From assembly GCA_964484135.1 (NCBI GenBank), contig CAZAEL010000002.1, positions 4,700 through 68,699 on the forward strand: DNA of 64,000 nucleotides, given 5' to 3'. Positions 1 to 15,000 of the stretch are shown here, one piece after another. This DNA comes from an uncultured Elusimicrobia bacterium (GTDB lineage: Bacteria; Elusimicrobiota; Elusimicrobia; FEN-1173). A model generated the notes under the pieces. It was not told where the DNA came from, did no database searches, and was given only the letters and a program-made list of their open reading frames with translations. The position numbers and the translations under genes were made by a program. Position 1 is the first letter of the stretch. The number at the start of each line of letters is the position of its first letter.

Positions 1-3000
1 GAGGACGACACCCAGGCCGCGCTGGCGGCCACGCCCGAGCAAAAGAAGATGGTGCTGGTGAACCGCAACCTCATGCTCCTGGAAAAGCTGGCCGGCCACG
101 CCATGACCCCGGTGGACTGGCATTATTACGACGCCAAGCGGCCGGAGGTCCTGCGCGTCGTGCAGGACCTGGAGCAGATGGGCCAGTCCCTGGGCGACCC
201 CCTGTCCCTGGACGCGCCCCAAAACGTCCCGGCCATGCTGGAGCCCTTCGAGCAGTTCTGCCGGCGCGCCCTGGAACGCAACCGGGCCCTGGTGGACAAC
301 CTCCTACAAAAACTCAAGGAAAAGGCCGGCCCGTCCTCTCCCTCCGTGGCCGTGCTGGTGGCGGGCGGTTTCCACACGGACGGTTTGAGCCAGCTCCTCC
401 GGTCCAAGGACATTTCCTACGTGGTGGTGACCCCCAAAATCTCCGAGGTGCCCAAGGAGAGCAAATACCTGGACATCTTCGCCCACGATCCCCTGCCCCT
501 GGAGAAGCTCTTCGCCGGGGAGACCATCTATCTGGCCGCGGAGCGGCTCCTGGTGCTGGACGGGGCCCAGATCAAGTTCTCCCACACGCGCTTGAGCGCC
601 TTCCGGGGGTTGTACCGCATGTTCCAGCCCGCCCTCCAGGCCCTGTTCGAGGAGGCGGGGGAGGACATGGAAACGCTGCAGGAGAGCCTGAACCGGCAGT
701 CTTCCGAGGTTTCCGCGGCCCTGGGCGAAAAAGAGCTCAGGATCGAGATCGACCGGGACATCTCCCGCAGGGGGTTCTACAGCGTGCTCCGCTACTCCCT
801 GACCGCGGAGAACGGCGCCCCGGTCCGGGCCCAGCTGGCCGTCATGACCAAGGACAAGCTGGCGGCCGCCAAACAGTTCCTGGAGGAAGAGGGGATGCAG
901 GACGCGGTGCACGAGGCCGAGATCACCGTGGACGGGGAAACCTATGTGCTGGTCCTGTTCAAATCCTCGTCGATCACGGACACCCTGGCCGGCCACTGGG
1001 ACAAGTTCCGGGGTTGGCTGTCTCGCATGAGACCCTCCGCCGAAGAGAAACCCGGCGGGGCGGCGACGGCGGCCCTCACCGCGGAAGAACGGCTGACCCG
1101 CCTGGAAAAGAATCCGTTCATCCGAAGATATTTTCAGGCGGGATCGAACCACCGGGCGGTTTTCCAAGAAGCGTTGAAAGCCTTTTTCGACAGCGGCGAC
1201 CCGGAGGTCGCGGCCATTGCCCGGGAAGTGGAGGCTCTGGATCCCGCCGAAATTCTGTCACAGGCCCAGGCCATCATTGACGGCAAGGAGGCTCTCCGCA
1301 AATCCCCGGGCCAAACGATGACCCTTCGAGACCTCGCCCTGGCCGACACCAGCGGGGCGCAGGACCTGCATCAGTTGTTCAACTCCACCCTCTATATAGC
1401 CCAAAGCTACTTTGAAGATGCCGACATGAAGGGTGTGGAATTGAACGGCGAGGTGGCCTGGAAGACCACCTTCCGAGAAGGTCTCATCATCCTCCGGGCC
1501 CTGGAACAGCCGGCGGCCCCGGAGGCGGCGCCGGCGCCCTCCCGCGGACTCCAAGGCGCCCTTGACCGTGCCGGACAATGGGTCCGTTCCCTGGTCAAAG
1601 TCGACAACCTGCTGATCGTGATCTGGGGAGGAGGCCTGTTCCTGGCCGCCACCGCCCTGGCTTTCAACGCCCCTTTCACGGCGGAACTGGCGTCCTATTT
1701 GAGCGAAGCGGGCATGGCGGGGCGGTTCATGGAATTCTTCACGCTCCTGAAGTTCGCCCTGCCGGCCTTTCTGACCATCGGGCTGGCTTCCGTCCTCGTC
1801 CGCCGGGACATGGCCCGGGCGGACTCGGGTACGGAGGCGTCCGCGGAGAAGGAGCCTGGTCCCGGTCGGCTCGCCCGCCTTCTCGCCAGCCCGTCCTTCC
1901 TGCTGCTGGTCAGCGGCGGCCTTCTGGTCCTCAACATCTTCCTGCGGGCCGGCATCCTGGCGTACGTGGACTTCATGGGTTCCTTCGACGGGACGCCGAC
2001 GGTGGAGATGTTGTCCCAGTTTTCGGGCCAGGAGAGGCTCTTCCTGGAATTCTTCTTCCTGAAGCAGGGGTCTCCTTTCCTCCAGGCGATCTGGGAGCCC
2101 CTGAAGGCCGCGTCGTTCTTCTTTTTGAACGACCTCTTGAGCCTGACCTTCGTCGTTTCCGGCCTGCTCACGGCCGTGAAAAAACTTTTTTCGCCGGATC
2201 TTTACGCCCGGCTGTTCCGGAACAAGACCCTCCTTATGTCCATCCTTTTCACGCTTTACACCATGGTCTCCTGGGAGATCGGAATGGATTCGGGCGACAC
2301 GACCGTGTTCCTCTTCTCCTTCGTCGGGATGGCCCTGTGGCACGCCCTGGCCGGCCGGGTGGCGGCGCGCGCCGCGGCCGCCGCGTCCGACCGAGATCGG
2401 GAGGGGGCGTCGCGGCTGGGCCTCCCGCGGCTGGTCTCCGCCGGGCTGGGCATCCTCACGGTGTTCGCCTTCCTGTCCACGGTGTACACCATGGCGTCCC
2501 TGGGCGGTATCCCCATGCTGGGGGTCGTCCTTCCCCAGGCCGGCGGGTGGGCCATCCATCCCGAGGAGGTCGGGACCTTCTCGCAGTTCCTGTCCGACAA
2601 CCCGGCGCTGATCGTCCTGCCCCTCTTGTACGCCTTGAGCCGCGTGGTGGCGGGCCGGATGGAGGCGAAGGGCCGCGCAGCGGAACCGGCGGAGAAGAAG
2701 GAAGGGGAAGCCGGGACTTTTCTGGGGCTGTTCCTCATGATCCTCATGCCGGCGTCCGTGGGGCTCATGTCCGCGGCGCCCACATTCTCTGCGGGACTCT
2801 TATTGCCGGGGATCCTGGTGGCCGGCTTGGCGCTCGCCGCCCTGGCGGCGGCCTCCCTCACCCGGAAGCTGGCCCCCGGCGGCGCCGTCCTCCGGTCGGC
2901 CGTGGTCTCTTCGGGGTTGTTCGTCGCGCAGTATTTCTCGTTTCCCGTCCTGATCAACGCCATACAGGACCTCTGGAGCCGGATCTTCATCATCCAATTC

Positions 3001-6000
3001 AACATCACCGGTGGGCCCTTCGCGGCGGCGGCGGACACCGGGACCGCGCTCGTGGGGCCCGTGGGCGCGGCCGGATGGTTCGTGTCCGTGGTGGGGGTAT
3101 TCCTGGCCACATTCTTCGCGGTCCACTCGGTCATGAAGAAGTTCTCTTCCGGCCGCACGAAGGGGCGGGGTGCCGCCGAGCCGCCCGCGGCCCCCGGCTC
3201 CTGGTTCGGGGAAGATTACGAGCGGTTCGTGCTCGACCCGGCGCTGCGGGCCTTCTTCTCCCTGCACGCGCGGGTTTGGGACGACATGGTGGACTCTCTG
3301 GCCGGATGGGGGCTTAACCGGAACGCGGCCGAGGCCCTGCGGGCGGCCCAGGACATGGATGACGCGGTGGCCCTGCTTATGCCCCACATGGGGCTGTATG
3401 AGTTGACCCGACACGTGTTCGAGGCCGTTTCCGAGAGCGTCCACGCCAGCGCGGACGACAGGGAGTTCGGCGGCGACATCTCGGAAGCGCTTTCCGTCCT
3501 GGAACGGGAGACGGGGGTCGGGATCAATCCGGAAGACATTCAAATCGTGCGGGGCCCGCCCGTGGGGGCGGAGGGGGACAGGCTTTTGGGTTTCGCTGAG
3601 GATCAGACAGGGCGGCTAAAAATCCTTGTGAGCCCGGAGGTTCTGCGGGAGTTCCGGGACGGCGAGGAGACCCGCGACATCGCCCGCCGGCAAAACATTT
3701 CCCTTGAAGAGGCTTTCCGGGTCGTTTTGGTCCGCGCCCTCCTCCACGAGGTGCTGGAAACCGGCGGCATGTCCCACGAGAACGTGCAGCGCACCGGTTT
3801 CAGGACCGATGGTCTTGCAAGTCTGAATGAGATGGCCCGGATGTTCGCGCTCCTGCAGCGAACCGAATTGGGCCCTTTGCTCCGGGAAGGCGACGTGGGC
3901 GTTGACGTCCGGTTGTCCGATACCGAGGTGGAATCGGCCGTGGCCCTGCGCCGGGCGCTGGAGCTGGCCATTTTCAATCGCCGCTTGGGCCCTCCAGCTG
4001 ATGAGACCGACCGCAGAACCCGTGAGATCCTCGCCACCCACGTTGAGCTTGCCTACTTGGAGACGTTCCCTCCCGACCTTCGCGGGCAAGCCGCCGTTCA
4101 AAACGATTTGCTTGAAGAACTGCGTTCCCTCCGGGCCCAGGGCGCCACGGAGGAGGAGATCGCGCAAAGGATCGCCGAGGCTCTTGGCTTCGAAGACGCG
4201 GAGGCGGTCCGTAGGGCCGCCCGGATCCTGCCCATGGCCCTGCCCACCGAGGTCCTGCACACGCGAGGCGGCGACGGACGGTCCGCCATTGATCCCAAGA
4301 CCGGCAAAACGGCGTACGGCAACGCGGCCAAGCCCACGCCGGACGTGAAGGTCTATTCCAGTTCCACCAGCTCCCCGCCCACGCGGGAGGCTTTTGACCG
4401 TATGGAGCGGGTGCGCCAGGACCTCCTTGAGCGGATGCTTTCGAATCCGGGGGGGGTCGGGGCGTATTTCGAAGGCCGGATGGCGGACGTGCGGCGGCGC
4501 ATCCTGCAGGTCCTGGGATTGGAGAAAATGGCCGGAGTGACGGCCGTCACCACTCCCTCGGCCACGGACGTGGAGTTGATCCCTCTCATGATGGCGGCCA
4601 ACCGGGGGAAGCCTGTCAGGAACCTGGTGCTGACCGAAACCGGCAGCGGCACCAAACTGGCCGCCGGAGGCCTTTACATCGATGACCAGGCCCCGGATGG
4701 GACCACCGTCAAGGGACGCAAGGGCAAATCCATCCCCGGCTTCCCCGCGCAGACGACCCAAGTCACAGAGATGTCCGCGGACGCGTCCGACCTGGATCGC
4801 CAGGTGGAAGACTACGTCCGGGCGAACATCGGCGAGTCCACGGTGATCGTGCACCTGGTGGTGGATTCCAAGACGGGCCTGACCGCGCCCCAGTTCCAGA
4901 CCATCGCCAAGTTGTCGAAGGAATACGGAGACGACCTCATGGTCGTGGTGGACGCGGCCCAGGGCCGCATCGAGCCCCGTTTCCTGCAGGATTACCTGGA
5001 CAGGGGATGGATCGTGTTCTCCTCCGGCTCCAAGTTCTGGGGAGGGGTGCCTTTCTCCGGCGTCGCGGTCATCCCGGAACGGCTGCGCAAGGAATTCATG
5101 GGGTTGAAGGACGTTCCGGAAGGGCTTGGAGAATTCCTGACGGCCGCGGACTTGCCGGCGGACGTCCCATGGCGCGATAGGGCGGGCGGCTGGCGCAACG
5201 CGAGCCTTTTGCTGAGGTGGGAGGCGGCGCTTTTCGAGATGGAGGCGTTCCTGTACGGACAAGGGGAACAGGACGAGATCACGCGCGAGATCGTTTTGCG
5301 GGGCGTGATCCAGAGGTGGATGGACGGCGTTCGTGAATTGATGGACCGGAAAAAGGCCCGAACCGGGAGGCGGGACGCCGTGGAGTATAAGATGACCGGA
5401 CGCGGAAGCACCAACACCATCGTCTCTTTCAACGTGAAGGATCGCCACGGGAACAATTTGGCCCCGGCCCAACTGAAAAAGCTCCATGCGTGGCTGCACC
5501 AGGATGTCTCGGCGCTCTTGCCGAAAGGAGCGGCGGATTGGGAACGGGACGTGGCCGCCCGCAAATACCTCCTGGGACAACCCGTGGACCTGACGCCGCA
5601 GGAAAAGGATGAATCCATGAAGGACGGCGTCCTGCGCATCACTTTGGGGGCGCCTTTGGCCCGACAGTTGGCCGACCAGGCGGGGCCGGATTTGGACCAG
5701 GACCGCGTTGAGAAGGCGTTGGAGCAGGAGATGGAGGACGTTCGGGTGCTCCTGCTGAAGATACAGATGATCGTCCGCCGCTGGGACGCCGTCGAGAAGG
5801 CGGAAGAGGCCCGGCGTCCCCCTCAAACGGCCGCGGTCCCTGAACCGGTCCAATTCGTCAATCCCGCCGTTCCGCGGCCCTCCCGCGTGGACCGCGCCCC
5901 CGGACAGCCGACGATTGCCTGGGATTCGACGGAGCCGGCCGCGAAGGGGGCCGAGACGAAAAAGTCTCTGGCCCTTTTCCCAGAGGACGTTTGGGCGTTG

Positions 6001-9000
6001 GCCCCTTTTTCCCAGGCGCTGAGAGAAATGGGCATCGTCCAAGAGCCTGAGGATCTCGTCATCGCCGTCAGGGTCAATCAGCCGGGCCTGATTGACTTCA
6101 GGTTTTACGACAAGAGGGGCGTCTATATTGTGAACTTGCAGTTGAGCACGGAAGACGGCGGCCAAACCGCCTGGCTGGGTCACATTGAGCCGTCTTTCGT
6201 GAGGGCCAAGCTCAATTCGCTTCCGCCGGGCGAGCGGGAGGCTTTCCAGCAGCAATGGAGGGAGATGACCCAGGATTGGCTTTTGACACGGGTCAGGCCC
6301 TGGCTTCAAGGCCGTGGCTTCACGGAATGGCGGGTGAGGCCCAAGGCGGGGACTGAGCCGGGAAAGGGAGACGGTTTCCTTCTCGGCATTGGGTTCCAAT
6401 GGCCTCCCAACGGCGAATTGCATTTCATGTCCCAACGCTTGGAGGGGCCAACGGAGGCAGGCCAAGCTTTGGGCATGGCGGGGGGATTGGGTGGCCTGGC
6501 CAACCGGCTGGCCGCACGGACGGGCCGGCCCCTCCGGGATTTCATCCGGTTGTTCGCCCACGGCGAGGAACAGTTCATGGGACTTGTGTTCGTGGGTCTG
6601 ATCACCATCGGGCTGGGCGTTCTTTTCCACGCCATTGGACTTGATCCTTCCCTGCCGTTTCTGGCGCTTTTGTCCGGCTTTCCGGTGGCGCTTCGCCAGC
6701 CGCTTTTCCGTTTCTTACACCGGGGAGACCTTTACTTTGTGAAGGAAACGGAAGTCGGGACGGAATTGGTCCGCGGACCACCCACCGCGAAGCAGAGACA
6801 GCAATTGTGGCGCGCTTCTGGACGGTTCAGCGAAACATTTTTTGTAAGCACTCTGGTCTTATCCGGTGTTTTCCTTCTGTTCGACCTGCTGCTCCAATCC
6901 TACGGCATCTCCATCCACGCCCATGTGTGGTTCCTGGCGGCCGCGGCCCTGGCGGGCGTCCGCGCCGGCAGAACGCACGCCCGATACAACCTCTCCACCG
7001 AAGGTCCCCTGGCCGTCCCGACCGTGGGGACCGATAGAGATCTGTGGCCGCCGGACTTGACCCCCGACATGCCTGCCTCCGGGCTCATCCACGCCCTGTT
7101 CGATGGAGCTCCCATCCGGGATGTTCAGGATTTGTCCTCGTTCCCGGACGGCTCGCCCCTCAACGGGGCCACCCTTAAACGCGTCTCGATCGAGCCGTCC
7201 GGCCGCCTGCCGGCTTCCGGCCTGGAAACCCTCTACTATCAGCTCGGCATAGACAACAGGGACGGGACCAGCCATCTTCCCGAGGCGCTTGATTTGCTCT
7301 ATGACGACACGGGTCGTTTGGTCGCCCTGTTTCCCGTTTTTCCGGACGGAGAAACGCCTTCCATTCCCCTCGTCGATCTCGTCCATTATTACCACGACGC
7401 CCGCCTTCTGAAAGGGCTCTCGGGGTTGGGCCCCGATGAATTCAGAGAGCGGGTTGAGGAGATCAACCGGAGTTGGACGGAGTTCAGAAAGTCCACAAAC
7501 AGGGCGTTCATGACGATCAGGAGATACGTGGACGCCAAAAGATGGTCCGACCTCGTCTTCGACACGGCTCGAAACGCCCTCACGCATTCGGAGCATGTGT
7601 ACGCGCGTATCGATATCGCAAACGCCGATCGAGACATGGACATCGTCTCGGATATGTCGCCTTTGGGGAGTCGTTTGCGGTATTCCGAGAACGGCCACCA
7701 GGTGTTGTTCCCGGTTTTTCCCACGGTGTATTCCCCGGAGAAATACAGCAACCAGAGCAACGACGACGGTTTTTACCGCGCCCTCCTGGGAAAAACCAAG
7801 GCGCGTTTCAACATCAATCCGGACGAGGATTCAAAGACGTTGGTGGTCGGCACCGGTTCCGGGATGGATTCCCTGATCGCGGCCCTCCAGACCAAGGGAG
7901 AAATTTGGGTGACGGACATCAATCCGTTCGCGGTCGAGAGCGTGCGCCATCTCTTCCGGCTGGCCGGGATCGAACACCGTTTGCGGACGTTCGTGATGGA
8001 CAACGTGGCCGACGAGCGCGGCAACCCCCGCCTTCTGGACGGGGACGGTCGCCCGGTGCAATTCGATCGCGTCGTCTGGAACATGCCCATCCATTCCGCC
8101 CGGCCTATGGAGAGGAAAGACATGAGGCGGGCCAGGGGTCTTTGGGACGGGGTCGGGCCGGAGGTCCTCCAGCGGTTCGCGGGGGTCCTGCCTCGCATCC
8201 TCAAAACGGACGGAATGGCTTTGGTGTGGAACCATGACGTGATGGACAATCTCGGCAACAATGAGGTGGAGATGGCGTTCCGGACCGCCGGGAGCTATTT
8301 GGGCCTTTCTCCCGAGGCCAGAGAAACCCGAGGTCCCTTCTTGAGCGATACTTTGTCTTTCCCCATGGCGGTTGAGCGCATCGGACAAAGGGAGTTGGGG
8401 TCCAACGGCAAGTTCCCGCCTTATGTCATCAAGCACGCGACGGCCGAGGGACGGGAAGACGCGGAGCCGGTGAAAGATGAAATGCTCCTGAATTACGCCC
8501 GCAGAGCCGCATTGACGCAGGACGATTACGAAAAACTGATCAGGACGGGCAGAGAGGACGTTATGCTGGCGTTGGCCGAGCGGGCCGACGCGCCGGAATG
8601 GGTCCTCCGGGACCTCGCCGGGGTGGGCGGAAAGAAACTGATGTCCATGTTGTGCAAGCACCCGTCCCTGCCGCCGGACGTCCTGCTTGACATGGCCCTG
8701 CGGGGAGAGCCGTTTGTCAGGACCATGTCCATGTCCTCGCCGGCGGCGACTTTCGCCTCGCTGTTGGTCGTCCATGCGTTGGGCGGGCAGGCCGGTTTCA
8801 AGGAGGCCAAAGACGTTATTCCCGATGAGAAGCGTTACGGGGCTTTGGGGGACCTCCTGTTGCGGTTGAGCGGGCCGCTGACGCAGGCGCTCAGCGGTTT
8901 GCCCGAGGCCCAACGGTCGTGGGGCAACATCCCGCCCAACGTGAAAGCGGAATTGGAAGAATTGTTGCGGCTTGAACCGGTCTTCCAGGCCGCCGCGCGG

Positions 9001-12000
9001 TTGCCGGCGGACCGATGGAAGAATTTCGGCTCAACCGGAAATTTGGGCCAAGATTTGTCGAAGTTAACGGCGTTCGTCGAGATTTCCGGCGGCGGGCAGC
9101 ACCCCCTGGGACAGGACGATTTCACGACCCAGGAGAAGGAGGAACTGCTGAAAAACGCCTGGCAGTCCGGCGCGCGGTTCCTGGCCGACGACGAGTCCTT
9201 CCGCGCCGGCCTGGCATCGGAGGTTCGGGATATTTTGATGGCGGAGCCGGGATCGCCGGCGGAGCCGGTCCTCTCTCTGCCGCAGATGCGGGAGTCCGTT
9301 GAAGCCTTGATGGATTATCTGCGGCAAGGGCCGGGCGCGCCCGTGACCATCGGGGGCCGGGCCTACGACGTCCGGTTCCATTACACGCGGGACGCCGCGC
9401 CTTTCCGCACGGCCTCGGGCCGCGAGGCCGGCGCCTTCACGGCCATCGATGGGAACACCATCCACGTCTACGCGCGGGACCTGCCGGGCCTCCTGCACGA
9501 AAGCCTGGAGTTCCTGGTCTTCCCGCAGAACGCGGCCGTCTCCAACGATCGTCGTCAACATCACACCCTGGCGTTCTTCGCGGAAGCCCTGGTCAGGGGC
9601 GCTCCGGTCCGCGGGGGCGTGGCCATGCCCGGACGGGCTTTCCGGGAAGTGGACAGGATGACGGACGAGGCCGTCCTGCGCGGCTTCGTGGAGGGGTACG
9701 AGGCGGCCCGCGCCCAGTTGCGGGAGAAATTCTCCGGGCAACCCGAGTACCTCCGATACGGCCTGACCCTGGCCGAGGCCATGCATTCGCGGGCCCGGCG
9801 CAACGCGGAGGACCTGGCCGAGTCGCAAGAGATTTTCGACAGGTTCATGGACAATCTGCGCGGGATCCAGCCGGGCCAGCCGGCCTACGAGGAGGCCCAG
9901 AAGCTCCTGCGGTTCCGGGAGCAGTTGACGACCGAAACGGCGGTGTTGAGCACCGCCTTGTCCGCGGCCCGGCATTTCCACGGCGACATCCAGAGCATGG
10001 GGTTGGAGGACGTCCTGGGCAACACCAGGAACTGGTTGGAGGTCTTCGACGAGGAGTTGAACCGGGCCAGCATGATCTCGGCCCGATCGGCCGCCGGGCT
10101 TCGGATGCGAAAAGACATCCGGGAGGTCCTGATGACGGACGGGGCCGCCGTCCTGTCCATGCATTATTTGCGGGAGAGGTGGCGGAGCGGGGACATCGAC
10201 CGGGACGTCATGGACAGCCTCTTCACTTACACGTGGCAGGATTGGTTCCAGTCCCGGACCGACGACAGAGACCTCCGCGCCCGGTTCGGGCGCATCCTGC
10301 GGGAGGTCAAGTTCTCCGTGTCCCTTCGCCGGACCATGGCCAGGGTGCTCTATCCGAGGCATGGCAGGATCGTGCGGGTGACGCCTTTGGACGGAGAAGC
10401 GCTTCGGGGACGGCGGCGTCTTTTCGTTTCCACGAAGGACCTGCTGTCTTTGCAGAGCGCCCTGCGGATGTTGAACGCCCTGGTGGACATGTTGGACCCG
10501 GGGAAAATCAGGGCGGGAGACCGGTTCGTGGTCTATGAACTGCCCGGCGCCGGGACGGACGGCCTGGGGATCAAGCAGCAGAACGATGTGTTCGGCTATG
10601 AGCTGGCCAACAACCTGATCCAGATGAGGCGTGAAAAACTGAAGGCCCTCATGCAGGAGGAGTTCGGGGGCCGGGTGACCCTGGTGATGCCCATCTACGA
10701 CAATTTCAAGGAGAACACTTTCGACCTCCGCATGGAGGTGACGGGATCCCTTTCTTCCGTGCAGATGCGGGAGGGATTGGACCGCGTGCGTCAAAGGCTC
10801 AGGGCCGAAATGACGGAGGAGATGCGCCGGGGACGGTTCCGCGAGGCCCTGGCCGCCAAACGGGATCTCTTGAGGTCCTACGGCATCACGGACATCGACG
10901 CGCAGAACCTGTTCGAGGTGCGCTTCGGCTTCGCGGACGTGGCCGAGGCCACGGACGAAGAACGCCTGGCCGCGGACATCCAGGCCCATCAAGCCATGAA
11001 TTTCGAAGAGCAGGAATACAGCCGGGAAGCTTACGAGGGGCTCATCGGCAACTTGACGCGTCTGAGCGGGGAACTGGAGCGGGAGGCGCCGGGCATCTTC
11101 CGTCCCGTCCAGGACCCGGAGCTGGGGGAAGAACTGGTCCTGCGGGACGAGGTGGTGACGCACCTGCGGAAACAGCACGCCTGGGAAGATCTGCCGGCGG
11201 CGGACAGGGCCCTTTTCCGGGACGATCCGCGCGTATACCGTCTGGCGGGGGAGCTCTTCCGGCGGCTCAAGATCCAGGACTACATCAAGAAATGGAACCT
11301 GGACTTCGCCACGGCCGCCGACGAGGCCGCGGTCGTGCGTGAGGGCGTTCAATCCCTCTCCCTCTTCGCCGAGGCTCACCGTGACCGTGAGATGCTTCCG
11401 GACAAGGCGGTCAAGCCGCTGCGGGGCATCTTCAGGAAAACACAGCGTTACCTGTGGGGAGACCCCAAGAACCGGAGGGCCACGAGCGTCCACGGGTTCC
11501 ATTCGGCGGCGCCCTTCATGTCGCGGCCCGTTTACATCAACATCGACGTCCGGAACATGGGCGGCATGAACATCACCCAGTTCCAGCTGGAGGTCAAACG
11601 GATCAAACGGGCGCTGGACCGGGGCGACTGGGAGGAGGTTTCCCGCATTCAAAGGAGCGCCGCCGACGAGGTGACGCGGAACTTCCTGCGGATGCAACAG
11701 ATCGTGGCCGAGGAATACCAGCGCGTCCGGGAGGCCCATCAGGCGGCCGGCAAACCCTCGGACCAGCTCGTGGACGGTTCGCGGATGGTCCTGGCCGACG
11801 GGCGGATGTTGAAGGGAAGGGAGCTGGCCGAATACCTGAAGACGCATCCGGGCGCGGGCCAGCCTTTGGTGTCCTTGGTCGGGGGAGACGAGTACACGGC
11901 CGTGGTGGACGGACGCCTCCTCAAGGGCCGGGCCTTGTATGAATTCCTCTTCCGTGTGCGAGACCGGATCAGGGAGGAGGCCCACATCGACATCCGATTG

Positions 12001-15000
12001 AGCGTCTCGGCCCTGGCGCCTTTCTTCCGCTACAAGCATTTCCGCCGGGGGCACCTGGCCGATCACTTGGCCCACGCGGAGGTCATCCTCCGGGCCGACG
12101 ATCAGACCGATGTCTTGAAGAAGGCCGAAAAGCTTCGCCAGCAGGGGCATAACGTGCCGGACATGATCGTGGTGGACGGGCTGGATGAGTCGGGGGAAGA
12201 GCCGATCCGCTTCGGGATCGTCCAGGGGCGGAAAGGACAGCCGGTCCGGTATGACCTTGCTCCGGTTCTCCAACAGGCCGCCATCCGTCCCCGGCAGGCC
12301 ATGGCCGCCTTCGCGGCCGCCACCCTGCCGGCGGGGCTGCTGTTGGCCTTGTCCGCGGGCCTCCAGTTGCTCACGGGCCAGGCCCTGGACGTGGCGGCCC
12401 TTATACCGATCCTTCTGGCGCCGGTGTTCCTGATGGCCCTGGTCTGGCTGGCGTCCGCCCTGGGCTGGGCGGCCAAGGCCCTGGGCATCCGGGCCGGGCC
12501 CGTGGATGCCGCTCGTCTGGTTCCCTTCCTGCAAGAGGCCCAGGACGACCCTTCCGTGGCCTTCTTCGAAGTCCAAAACGGCGTGCTCAAGGTCAATCCC
12601 GCGGTCAAAAAGTTCCTGTCCCTCCTTCCCCAACCGGTTCAAAACCTGATTTTGTACGGTCTCGGCATCGTGGGCCACGAGGTGTCCCACCTGCAGGGAC
12701 ACGGCGAGCTTTACGCGTACGGCCTGACGCAAATCGTCCCGGCGTTTGTTGGCGCGATGTTGTTCGGCTTGGCCGGGGTTTGGATCGCTGGCATGTTTGG
12801 CCTTTCTGCGGTTTTTGCCGCCGTCTTTATAGGAGTGTTTGGCGTGGCAGGGGCTGTGGCGGCGGTGGGGATCGTCAGTTGGGCCATGATGCGCCATCGG
12901 TTAACGGCCGGGAACGCGGATTTTTGGTTCAAAAAGTCCCTCACGGACAAGCCTGAACTCACCGTCAGGCAATGGACCTATGAAATCCTTTTTGAGAGGG
13001 CCAAGGAAAAGCTCGCGGAGATGGCGGACACCTTCAGGCACCCGAAAAAGGCTTTCCGTGAGCTGGTGAAACGGGCCAAACGGGAAGGGGCTCCTTTCGT
13101 CATTTACGCCGTGACCATTGAGGTTCTGGAAGATGTGGTGCTGCCCTTCTTGTTCCCTTCTTTGGCCGCGTTCTTTTTGATATTTCACTCGGAGCCCATC
13201 ATGTATCCGCTTTATTTCGTTGTGAGAAAGTTATTGAGGGGCCGGATGGCCGAGGACGAATTCCATCGGTATTTCCGGGAGGCGGAGGAGGAGATGCGGG
13301 AGGAGGCGTCGCTTGCCCGGAAATGGCGTTTTGGGGTCGAGTTGAAGGAGAGGCTGACGCTGGCCGATATCTTGAAATACAACCGAGCGAAGCTGGCTTC
13401 GGATCATTCGGAGGACGCGTCCTCCACGCTCACCCGCGTCGGCGAAAGGGAAACGGCTGCCAAAACCATAGGCAGGCTCTTGAGGAAAAGCCGGGTGGCG
13501 GAGCCAACCAAGGACGAAGAAAGGGAGGCGGTGGATTCTTTGGTGGATCGGATGCGGAGCGATCCGGATCCCTGGGTCCGGAAAACCGCCGCCGGCGCCC
13601 TTGGCAAGATTTTGGACCCCCGAACCATCGGACCGCTGCAAATGGCCCTGATCCAAGGCGATCCCGCGGTCCAAGGGGCGGCGGCCCGCTCCCTGGGTGC
13701 CTTTGGCCGTGATGCGGCGGACGCGCTTCCGCAACTGCTGCTTTTGGCTCAGACGCACAGAGACATGTGGATCCGGGTCTATTGCCTGACCGCCGTGGGG
13801 CTTATTGCAAGTGAAACAGGCGACGCCCCTGGGGACATCATCGAAATCGTCCTTGCTCAGGCCGGAAGCCGGGACCACCCCGTGCGTGTGGCCGCCGTGG
13901 AGGCTTTGGGAAGATTGAGGACCGCCGATCCGCGTGTGAAGGGAGCTCTGGCAGAGGCGTTAAAAAGCCCTGATCCCACCGTGTATGAGCTCGCCCTGTG
14001 GGGCCACGTCCGAAAATTTATGAACGGCGATGGAACTTTCACCGATGGGGAAATCATCGATGCTTTGGAGGAGGCATTGCGGAGCTCCGATTCCAAGGCC
14101 AGAGGTTTTGCCAGGCGGGTCCTCCATCATAGGTTCCATTACAACCGGAAGCAACTGGAATCCCTCGAAAAGACGGCGGCTCTGTCGACGGTGACAGGGT
14201 TCCGGTTTGTCGTGGCGGACGATCCGGCAGAGGCCGCCCGTCTGGCTCAGACCCTTCAGGAAGACGGCGCCAACACCGTGCTTTGGGCCGGCGATTTTCG
14301 TCGTACTCGCAGCGAGACGCCCTTGGACGATGGGGGTCGCCTCATCCTGGGGGCCAATTTGGACGAAGAGGCGGTCCGTTTCAAGTTCGGAAGGATCAAG
14401 GAAGGCTTGGCCATCCGTCTGCCTATGCTGGACGAGTCCAGGGGCAAACGGGCGCGGGAACGCTCCGTCGTGCCGCGTGGCACCGTATATGTTGTGGGAA
14501 ACTCCAACGAGATTGGACAACTGGGGACGCTCCTTCGGAAACAAGGGATATACCCGACTCTCCGCGCGGCCCGCGTGGAGACGACGTCCCAGCAAAGCAG
14601 GCGACGGATATTTCGGGACGTCCTCCGGCAAATTGTCATCGGCCAGGACCAAGTCCGGCCCTGGACGCCGTACGTGGACCGGGGCTGGGTCCACCGGGTC
14701 AAAGTGGAGCCGCTGGATCAAGACCGGGACGGCTTGCATGGGGCGTTCCAAGACTTCACCGGGACGCGGCAGAGGGCATTGGAAGCGCAACAGCCCGCGG
14801 CGGTATCCACCGAGGCGTCCTATGAACAGTTTTTGGCGTTGATATCGGCAAATCAGATCAACGATGCGGAGTTGGTAAGGTTGGCCACGGACGCCATGTT
14901 GCAGGGCGCCGACATCCGGGACGTGATCGCCCACCGGCTCGCCAATCGCGCGTTCCAAGGGCTGGAGGGCCGGAACCTGAGCACCGCGGATCTGGAAGGG

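Noticed and set aside
9064-12897. Long antisense ORFs inside the giant gene (e.g. 9064..12897 minus strand, 1277 aa; 3616..6630 minus strand, 1004 aa; 13960..16101 minus strand, 713 aa)
   Set aside because: High-GC DNA produces long stop-free antisense frames. Their translations are low-complexity Arg/Gly/Pro-rich with no motifs, while the sense frame carries all recognisable domains.
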